Shown in pieces: positions 1 through 5,557 of a DNA stretch of 10,292 nucleotides. A program made the translations under genes and the position numbers. The stretch comes from a virus (taxonomy: Duplodnaviria; Heunggongvirae; Uroviricota; Caudoviricetes). The stretch covers positions 1 to 10,292 of IMG/VR virus record IMGVR_UViG_2681813316_000013. One strand, given 5' to 3'. The notes below the pieces were generated by a model, which was not told where the DNA came from, ran no database searches, and saw only the letters and a program-made list of their open reading frames with translations. Each line of letters starts with the position of its first letter. Within the stretch, counting starts at the first letter, position 1.

Positions 1-469
1 TGCTGCTATTGGTGGTGGGGCTGTTGCCATAGCGTCTGTGCTCATCACTGGTCCGAGTGGTGACGATGGCCTGGAAGGTGTCAGCTACATACCATACGAA
101 GATATCGTTGGCGTATGGACTGTATGTCACGGACACACCGGAAAAGACATCATGCCCGGTAAAACGTATACCGAAGCAGAATGCAAAGCCCTCCTGAATA
201 AAGACCTTGCCACGGTCGCCAGACAAATAAACCCGTACATCAACGTCGATATACCGGAAACAACGCGCGGCGCTCTTTACTCGTTCGTTTACAACGTGGG
301 CGCTGGCAATTTCAGAACATCGACGCTTCTTCGCAAAATAAACCAGGGCGATATCAAAGGCGCATGTGATCAGCTACGGCGCTGGACATACGCTGGCGGT
401 AAGCAATGGAAAGGGCTGATGACTCGCCGTGAGATTGAGCGTGAAGTCTGTTTGTGGGGGCAACAATGA
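1..469 (+). CDS. R: SAR endolysin (phage lysozyme, T4-lysozyme-like GH24 family), 5'-partial; reading frame phase starts at position 2
   Basis: Frame is open from the window edge to TGA 467-469. Translation ...[49 protein letters not shown]... has a Gly/Ala-rich signal-anchor-release segment followed by a lysozyme core with E-8aa-D-5aa-T spacing (LEG...YEDIVGVWT) as in T4 lysozyme E11/D20/T26 and phage 21 R. The true start lies upstream of the window. Confidence 0.9.
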   Translation, partial: AAIGGGAVAIASVLITGPSGDDGLEGVSYIPYEDIVGVWTVCHGHTGKDIMPGKTYTEAECKALLNKDLATVARQINPYINVDIPETTRGALYSFVYNVGAGNFRTSTLLRKINQGDIKGACDQLRRWTYAGGKQWKGLMTRREIEREVCLWGQQ

Positions 470-903
470 GCAGAGTAACCGCGATTATCTACGTTCTGGT
501 CATCTGCCTCATCGTCTGCCTTTCATGGGCTGTTAATCATTACCGTGATAACGCCATCGCCTACAAAGAGCAGCGCGATAAAGCCACATCCATCATCGCT
601 GATATGCAGAAGCGGCAACGTGATGTAGCAGAACTTGACGCCAGATACACAAAGGAGCTTGCTGATGCTAATGCGACTATCGAAAGTCTCCGTGCTGATG
701 TTTCTGCTGGGCGTAAGCGCCTGCAAGTCGCCGCCACCTGTGCAAAGTCAACGACCGGAGCCAGCGGCATGGGCAATGGAGAAACCCTAGGACTTACAGC
801 AGATGCTGAACTCAATTATTACCGTCTCCGAAGTGGAATCGACAGGATAACCGCGCAGGTTAACTACTTGCAGGAGTACATTAGGACGCAATGCCTTCGA
901 TGA
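466..903 (+). CDS. Rz: Rz-like inner-membrane spanin (i-spanin)
   Basis: ATG 466-468 overlaps the R stop (ATGA). N-terminal TM segment ([20 protein letters not shown]) followed by a charged, coiled-coil-like periplasmic region, immediately downstream of the endolysin gene. The ORF track's GTG start at 454 is judged less likely. Confidence 0.85.
   Translation: MSRVTAIIYVLVICLIVCLSWAVNHYRDNAIAYKEQRDKATSIIADMQKRQRDVAELDARYTKELADANATIESLRADVSAGRKRLQVAATCAKSTTGASGMGNGETLGLTADAELNYYRLRSGIDRITAQVNYLQEYIRTQCLR
665..790 (+). CDS. Rz1: Rz1-like outer-membrane lipoprotein spanin (o-spanin), embedded in the +1 frame of Rz
   Basis: AAGGAG at 651-656 lies 8 nt before ATG 665. Translation [41 protein letters not shown] has a signal peptide with a lipobox-like VSAC and a short Pro-rich mature part; stop TAG 788-790. 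Fully nested inside Rz, the classic Rz/Rz1 arrangement. Alternative start ATG 671. Confidence 0.65.
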   Translation: MLMRLSKVSVLMFLLGVSACKSPPPVQSQRPEPAAWAMEKP

Positions 904-975
904 TAGCGATAATTTTCCCATTATCTTTTATATGCGTGATTTTAGTTAGTTTTAGTCGCAACACGAATAAAACAG

Positions 976-1002
976 AGAACCACCCGCTATACGAGTGGTT
1001 CT
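976..1002. terminator. Convergent (bidirectional) terminator-like hairpin between Rz and a minus-strand ORF
   Basis: 8-bp stem AGAACCAC (976-983) / GTGGTTCT (995-1002) with an 11-nt loop. On the minus strand it is followed by CTGTTTTATTCG (good U-tract) and begins 17 nt after the stop of the minus ORF 1020-1250. On the plus strand the downstream tract (GATTTACACTTTT) is weaker. Confidence 0.4.
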
Positions 1003-1019
1003 GATTTACACTTTTGAAA

Positions 1020-1250
1020 CTAAAAGCTAAATACTTGAGCAAGAACAGCTAACGCTGCGCAAAAAGCAGCCCGTTTATTCCATTTACTTTGTATTTCAAT
1101 GGCTTTAAAACAACCCAGTGATGAGAAACTGCCTTGTTCCGTTTTTGGTGGGTGTTCTTTGGAAGATGCAAAACATGAAATAATCCAAAAAATGGCGGAA
1201 AAAATTCCAAAAATTATTGAAGGCAAATGATGCTCTTTCAAAAACTCCAT
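1020..1250 (-). CDS. Hypothetical small membrane protein (76 aa), moron candidate in the position where lambda carries bor but unrelated to Bor
   Basis: 76-codon ORF with a true ATG start (complement of 1248-1250) in roughly 40% GC DNA. Predicted TM helix (PSIIFGIFSAIFWIISCF) and hydrophobic C-terminus (AAFCAALAVLAQVF). Followed on its own strand by the hairpin plus U-tract at 976-1002. Only a weak SD (GAGAG); no family recognised. Confidence 0.35.
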   Translation of the reverse strand: MEFLKEHHLPSIIFGIFSAIFWIISCFASSKEHPPKTEQGSFSSLGCFKAIEIQSKWNKRAAFCAALAVLAQVFSF

Positions 1251-1862
1251 GACTTAACTCTCTTAAAAGTTGCTAAACATCGCTCGCAAACAAGAAAGAA
1301 AAGTTCTGTTGCGAGCACTCCACAATTTAAACGCCACACAAGCAGCTATTAGGTGGACGGTTCCAAGATTGCTATCAACTGCCACCCGAATACCGTCAAA
1401 ACTTGACGTCCAACCAAGAATTATTGAGTTGTAAACTCAACGCAATGATCTGGTTGGTATAAATGTGACATATGTCATGAATCGACTAGTTGAGATAGTC
1501 AAGATGGGCTTGCTTGACATCATCACCACAACCGGAGCCAACAATGGCAGATTGCGTTACCCAGATTTGATAAAGGCATTTTAGCCTGACATAACTATGC
1601 ACTGTATCGTCGCCGTATTCCCGCATCAACAGAGACCACAGCCCGAGAGGGAGACTCCTCTGCGCGAGTGTGCGGGGATAATCAAAAACGATACACACCG
1701 GGGTTTACCGTGTTAACGGAGCGCGGCGTTGTCCCCTCATGGTCGCTGGTCCGGTGCGATGGTGGAAGAAACCGGACGATGTGTTACCTCGCAAACTCTG
1801 TTATGTCATGTGTCTGATTTGTGATTTAAGTCGGATAATTGTCATTGCCATTAAGCAGAGGA

Positions 1863-1904
1863 TTGATGACCGACAGGGCTGCATTGTTAGAATAAGACTT
1901 ATTC
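1863..1904 (+). promoter_or_regulatory. Candidate sigma70 promoter with extended -10 and overlapping palindromic operator upstream of the TonB-C lipoprotein gene
   Basis: -35-like TTGATG (1863-1868), extended -10 TGtTAGAAT (1885-1893), and a perfect 7-1-7 palindrome GAATAAG-A-CTTATTC (1890-1904) overlapping the -10 and predicted start site, about 22 nt upstream of ATG 1926. Confidence 0.3.
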
Positions 1905-1925
1905 TTATCTATGCCGGGAATAAAA

Positions 1926-2252
1926 ATGAAAAGAAATCTTCCGTTAATTATTTTGTTGTCTTCTTTGGTTATGGGCTGTACGCAACATAAAACAGATATG
2001 CCTCGACAGTTGGTTAAGGCATTACCACAATATCCGGCCTATGCCGCGGCAAATTATATAAAGGGACGGGTTGATGTGAAGTTTGATATTGGTGCTGATG
2101 GTACTGTCACCCGAATTGAGTTTATCCGTTCAGAGCCGCACCATCTGTTTGATGAGCAGGTTGTAAAGGCGATGGCAAAATGGCGATTTGAGAAGGACAA
2201 GCCGCGTAAAGGCGTGAAGAAAACATTTATCTTTAGTCCTTCAGCACCCTGA
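1926..2252 (+). CDS. Lipoprotein with TonB C-terminal domain (free TonB-CTD, no TonB N-terminal anchor or Pro-rich spacer)
   Basis: Translation MKRNLPLIILLSSLVMGC/TQHK... has a signal peptide with lipobox-like VMGC and +2 Thr. The mature part ...PQYPAYAAANYIKGRVDVKFDIGADGTVTRIEFIRSEPHHLFDEQVVKAMAKWRFEKDKPRKGVKKTFIFSP matches E. coli TonB C-domain motifs (YPxxA...G.V.VKFD...DG.V...P...F...V..AM..WR.E..KP..G) as I recall them. Alternative start ATG 1911. Confidence 0.8.
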   Translation: MKRNLPLIILLSSLVMGCTQHKTDMPRQLVKALPQYPAYAAANYIKGRVDVKFDIGADGTVTRIEFIRSEPHHLFDEQVVKAMAKWRFEKDKPRKGVKKTFIFSPSAP

Positions 2253-2711
2253 TTATTTTATCAGAAGTTAATTATCACTCTGTTGCTATTCAGTACATCC
2301 CTGCAGGGTAAAGTCTTGTTTCGCCGGATATGAAGATGAAATATTGTTAGAAGACAGTAGCTACCGGTTCCTGTAACCGAACGTTCATTTCTCGTTATTT
2401 TTCATGCTGGCCGGGCGCAGGTGCTTTGCATCTGTTGCCAGCCTTCTCCTGCAGGCTTCAATAACCCATGCCGAAAAATTACCCGATCCCTTACGTTCAA
2501 GGGCAATATGGATTTGATTAATCATCTGGTTTGGGAAGCTTTATTTTTTGATGACATTGTGTTTTTCCGTGTTCAGTGCTGCTGATTTGTATTGTCTTAA
2601 GATGTCTTTACGTTAAGTTGACACAGATCAATTAATGCATGACTTGGACAAAATTGATTATTTGTCGTGGTTTTATGGTGTACGTGGGATGTGTGATGGT
2701 ATTTATATAAA

Positions 2712-2726
2712 TGATAATTATTATCA
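2712..2726. promoter_or_regulatory. Fur-box-like perfect 7-1-7 palindrome TGATAAT-T-ATTATCA
   Basis: TGATAATTATTATCA is a perfect inverted repeat. The enclosing 19-mer ATAAATGATAATTATTATC (2707-2725) matches the classical Fur consensus GATAATGATAATCATTATC at 15/19 positions. It lies 37 bp upstream of cosN in AT-rich DNA; the target gene is unclear. Confidence 0.3.
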
Positions 2727-2762
2727 TTTATTGGGTCCTTTCCGGCGATCCGGCAGGCTACG

Positions 2763-2774
2763 GGGCGGCGACCT
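2763..2774 (+). other. cosN: cosN, cohesive-end nicking site of the phage genome (lambda / phage 21 type 12-nt cohesive end)
   Basis: GGGCGGCGACCT at 2763-2774 followed by CGCGGGTTTTCGCTATTTATGAAAATTTTCCGG, which matches the lambda left end as I recall it. It sits about 195 bp upstream of the small terminase start, the same spacing as lambda cosN to Nu1. Confidence 0.85.
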
Positions 2775-2810
2775 CGCGGGTTTTCGCTATTTATGAAAAT
2801 TTTCCGGGAT

Positions 2811-2915
2811 CCATGTCCGGTTTCTCTTCAAGTTAACTATATGAAAAATATAAAAACAGGTCTTCTGTGAACCGGACATGAACAAAAAACAGACATGTAA
2901 ACCGGACATGACCGG
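2811..2915 (+). repeat. cosB: cosB-like region: three copies of a CCGGACATG element (candidate small-terminase binding sites R3/R2/R1) separated by an AT-rich spacer
   Basis: CATGTCCGG (2812-2820, inverted), AACCGGACATG (2870-2880) and AACCGGACATG (2900-2910, followed by ACCGG), plus a partial GACATG at 2892-2897. The A/T-rich stretch 2821-2860 between first and second copy is where an IHF-type bend site would be expected. All lie between cosN and the small terminase gene. Confidence 0.6.
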
Positions 2916-2957
2916 TTTTGTTGTGATTGTGAGGTGAGAGTTTTTGCGAGGTGAGGA

Positions 2958-3467
2958 GTGGCTACGCAGACTGAAGTTGCCAGGCATTTAAGTCTGACCG
3001 ATCGCCAGCTTCGCAGATTGCAGAAATTGCCGGGTGCCCCGATATCGAATAAGCGAGGGCAACTGGATCTGGATGCCTGGCGCGATTTTTACATATCGTA
3101 TCTGAGGAGAAGTAAAAACGATGTGCCTGATGGCGATAGCGAAGACGACTATGAGGAGAAATTGCTTATTGCCAGATGGGAACTGACAGCAGAACAGGCT
3201 GTTACACAGCAGTTAAAAAATGAGGTGTCAAAAGGAAAACTTATTGACACCGGGTTCTGTATTTTTGCCCTCAGTAAGCTGGCAATGGCGTTATCCAGTA
3301 CGCTTGATTCCATCCCTTTATCCATGCAGCGACAGTTTTCTGATTTAACACCGCGCCATCTTGACCATCTGAAAACCCTTATTGCTAAGGGGGCAAATCA
3401 GTGTGCGCGGGCAGGGGATAAATTACCGGATTTACTCGATGAATATATCAGAGCAACAACTGAATAA
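2958..3467 (+). CDS. nu1: Terminase small subunit (Nu1 family)
   Basis: GTG start at 2958, with GAGG at 2948-2951 six nt upstream. Translation aligns with lambda Nu1, especially the C-terminal two-thirds (…TGFCIFALSKLA…LDSIPLSMQRQFSDL…HLDHLK…LPDLLDEYI…). The N-terminal DNA-binding region is diverged. Stop TAA 3465-3467 overlaps the large terminase start. Confidence 0.9.
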   Translation: MATQTEVARHLSLTDRQLRRLQKLPGAPISNKRGQLDLDAWRDFYISYLRRSKNDVPDGDSEDDYEEKLLIARWELTAEQAVTQQLKNEVSKGKLIDTGFCIFALSKLAMALSSTLDSIPLSMQRQFSDLTPRHLDHLKTLIAKGANQCARAGDKLPDLLDEYIRATTE

Positions 3468-5367
3468 TATGATGGCTGCCGTTTCGGTTGCGCTGCAGCC
3501 TCTGGTCAGGGTTGTACCAATGACGGCAGTTGAATGGGCTGATCAAAATTATTATCTGCCTAAAGAATCTTCATATGGTGAGGGAGAATGGAAAACGCTG
3601 CCATTCCAGATCGCCATTATGAACTGTATGGGTAACGACCAGGTTCGCACGGTTAACCTGATTAAATCTGCCCGTGTTGGCTATACAAAGATGTTGCTGG
3701 GGGTGGTCGGGTATTTTATTGAGCATAAATCCCGAAACAGTCTGCTTTTTCAGCCCACGGATTCTGCCGCTGAAGATTTTATGAAGTCTCACGTGGAGGC
3801 GACGATTCGGAACGTGCCATGCCTGAAAGACCTTTCCCCATGGCTGGGGCGTAAACATCGTGACAATACTCTCACGCTGAAACGCTTTTCATCGGGCGTC
3901 GGTTTCTGGTGCCTGGGCGGCGCTGCCGCCAAAAACTACCGTGAAAAATCCGTGGACGTGGTCTGCTATGACGAACTTTCCTCGTTCGAGCCGGATGTCG
4001 AAAAAGAGGGCTCGCCAACCCTGCTGGGGGATAAGCGTATTGAGGGGTCGGTGTGGCCAAAATCCATTCGCGGCTCGACGCCTAAAATCAAAGGCACCTG
4101 CCAGATCGAAAAAGCCGCTAACGAGTCGGCGCATTTTATGCGTTTTTATGTGCCCTGCCCGCACTGTGGGGAGGAGCAGTATCTGAAATTTGGCGATGAG
4201 TCCACGCCTTTTGGGCTTAAATGGGAGAAGGACAGCCCTGAAAGTGTTTTCTACCTCTGTGAACATCATGGCTGCGTGATCCATCAGTCTGAACTGGACC
4301 AGAGCAACGGGCGGTGGATCTGTGAAAACACGGGCATGTGGACCCGTGACGGTCTGACGTTTTTCAGCGCCCGGGGTGATGAAATTCCGCCGCCGCGCTC
4401 CATCACGTTCCATATCTGGACGGCGTACAGTCCGTTCACCACCTGGGTACAGATTGTCTATGACTGGCTGGATGCACTGAAAGATCCCAACGGCCTGAAA
4501 ACCTTTGTGAACACCACGCTGGGCGAGACCTGGGAAGAGGCCGTGGGCGAAAAACTCGATCACCAGGTACTGATGGATAAGGTGGTGCGTTACACGGCGG
4601 CGGTGCCTGCCCGGGTGGTTTATCTGACGGCGGGCATTGACTCGCAGCGAAACCGTTTTGAGATGTATGTCTGGGGATGGGCTCCGGGAGAGGAAGCCTT
4701 TCTGGTGGATAAAATCATCATTATGGGGCGTCCTGATGAGGAAGAGACGCTGTTACGTGTGGATGCGGCGATCAACAAAAAATACCGCCATGCGGATGGC
4801 ACCGAAATGACTATTTCCCGTGTCTGCTGGGACACCGGGGGGATCGATGGTGAAATTGTTTATCAGAGATCAAAAAAACACGGTGTTTTCCGGGTGCTGC
4901 CGGTAAAAGGCGCATCTGTCTATGGCAAGCCGGTGATCACCATGCCAAAAACCCGCAATCAGCGGGGCGTGTATCTGTGTGAAGTGGGAACGGACACCGC
5001 AAAAGAAATTCTCTATGCCCGTATGAAAGCCGATCCCTCGCCTGCGGATGAAGCCACGTCGTATGCCATCCGTTTTCCTGATGATCCGGAGATTTTTTCG
5101 CAGACAGAGGCGCAGCAACTGGTGGCGGAAGAGCTGGTGGAGAAGTGGGAAAAAGGAAAGATGCGTCTGCTGTGGGATAACAAAAAGCGGCGTAACGAAG
5201 CGCTGGACTGCCTGGTGTATGCCTACGCGGCATTACGTGTGTCCGTGCAACGCTGGCAGCTTGATCTGGCTGTACTGGCAAAATCCCGGGAAGAAGAGAC
5301 GACCCGGCCAACCCTGAAAGAACTGGCAGCGAAGCTGTCCGGAGGAGTGAATGGTTACAGTCGCTGA
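3439..5367 (+). CDS. A: Terminase large subunit (gpA family; ATPase and nuclease)
   Basis: ATG 3439 gives MNISEQQLNN..., colinear with lambda gpA (MNISNSQVNR...) over about 642 aa, including TAVEWAD.NYYLPKES, KSARVGY.KMLLG, GFWCLGG.AAKNYREKSVDV, GDKRIEGSVWPKSIRGSTPK, WTAYSPFTTWVQIV, VNTTLGETWE, KKRRNEALDC. The ORF track's start at 3382 is an upstream in-frame extension with no support. Confidence 0.95.
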   Translation: MNISEQQLNNMMAAVSVALQPLVRVVPMTAVEWADQNYYLPKESSYGEGEWKTLPFQIAIMNCMGNDQVRTVNLIKSARVGYTKMLLGVVGYFIEHKSRNSLLFQPTDSAAEDFMKSHVEATIRNVPCLKDLSPWLGRKHRDNTLTLKRFSSGVGFWCLGGAAAKNYREKSVDVVCYDELSSFEPDVEKEGSPTLLGDKRIEGSVWPKSIRGSTPKIKGTCQIEKAANESAHFMRFYVPCPHCGEEQYLKFGDESTPFGLKWEKDSPESVFYLCEHHGCVIHQSELDQSNGRWICENTGMWTRDGLTFFSARGDEIPPPRSITFHIWTAYSPFTTWVQIVYDWLDALKDPNGLKTFVNTTLGETWEEAVGEKLDHQVLMDKVVRYTAAVPARVVYLTAGIDSQRNRFEMYVWGWAPGEEAFLVDKIIIMGRPDEEETLLRVDAAINKKYRHADGTEMTISRVCWDTGGIDGEIVYQRSKKHGVFRVLPVKGASVYGKPVITMPKTRNQRGVYLCEVGTDTAKEILYARMKADPSPADEATSYAIRFPDDPEIFSQTEAQQLVAEELVEKWEKGKMRLLWDNKKRRNEALDCLVYAYAALRVSVQRWQLDLAVLAKSREEETTRPTLKELAAKLSGGVNGYSR

Positions 5368-5557
5368 ACTGCAGGCGCTGCGTCAGGCGCGCCTTGATTT
5401 ATTAACCGGTAAACGGGTGGTGTCTGTCCAGAAAGATGGTCGCAGAATTGAATATACGGCGGCTTCTCTGGATGAGCTTAACCGGGCGATCAATGATGCG
5501 GAGTCGGTACTGGGGACAACCCGGCGTCGCCGTCGTCCGCTGGGAGTGAGGTTATGA
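5351..5557 (+). CDS. W: Head-tail joining / head completion protein gpW
   Basis: 68 aa; LTGKRVVSVQKDGRRIEYTAASLDEL matches lambda W ([27 protein letters not shown]). Start overlaps the end of the large terminase gene; stop overlaps the portal start (ATGA). Confidence 0.9.
   Translation: MVTVAELQALRQARLDLLTGKRVVSVQKDGRRIEYTAASLDELNRAINDAESVLGTTRRRRRPLGVRL

Noticed and set aside
454-465. GTG at 454 as the Rz start (ORF-track start)
   Set aside because: ATG 466 gives the classic ATGA stop/start overlap with R and a sensible N-terminus (MSRVTAII...); the GTG extension adds four residues with no better ribosome-binding site.
523-815. Minus-strand ORFs 523-726 and 561-815 inside Rz
   Set aside because: Antisense to the Rz/Rz1 spanin genes; no start signals; the plus-strand Rz and nested Rz1 explain the region.
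1486-1698. Minus-strand 70-codon ORF
   Set aside because: Begins with GTG, has no Shine-Dalgarno, the first in-frame ATG is codon 25, and the translation is not recognisable; treated as a chance open frame.
1834-1852. Possible Fur box GATAATTGTCATTGCCATT upstream of the lipoprotein gene
   Set aside because: Only 11/19 matches to the Fur consensus and only the first hexamer is convincing; too weak to call, unlike the 15/19 palindromic site at 2707-2726.
1739-1990. Plus-strand 83-codon ORF overlapping the start of the lipoprotein gene in another frame
   Set aside because: Its 3' end overlaps the well-supported TonB-C lipoprotein gene out of frame and it covers that gene's promoter region; the translation is low complexity.
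904-2760. tRNA genes, CRISPR repeats or insertion-sequence ends in the accessory island
   Set aside because: No tRNA-like T-arm or acceptor motifs, no regularly spaced direct repeats, and no terminal inverted repeats flanking a transposase-like ORF were seen; the island appears to carry morons, not a transposable element.
2821-2860. IHF binding site (I1) in the AT-rich spacer of cosB
   Set aside because: Expected here by analogy with lambda, but I could not find a convincing match to WATCAANNNNTTR on either strand; left as an AT-rich spacer only.
2787-2987. Minus-strand 66-codon ORF spanning cosB and the small terminase start
   Set aside because: Lies across the cos repeats and the Nu1 ribosome-binding site; cos must remain a cis-acting DNA site, so coding here is implausible.
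3382-3438. Upstream in-frame extension of the large terminase ORF (track start 3382)
   Set aside because: The lambda gpA-like N-terminus MNISEQQ begins at ATG 3439; the extension has no homology and is just open frame overlapping the end of the small terminase gene.
3571-5311. Several minus-strand ORFs (3571-3858, 3872-4060, 3889-4563, 4620-4835, 4870-5118, 4937-5311) and the plus-strand alternative-frame ORFs 3941-4186 and 5048-5317 inside the large terminase gene
   Set aside because: They overlap, antisense or in another frame, a strongly conserved gpA-like coding sequence; their translations are low-complexity and Arg/Pro-rich, typical of out-of-frame reading of GC-rich coding DNA.
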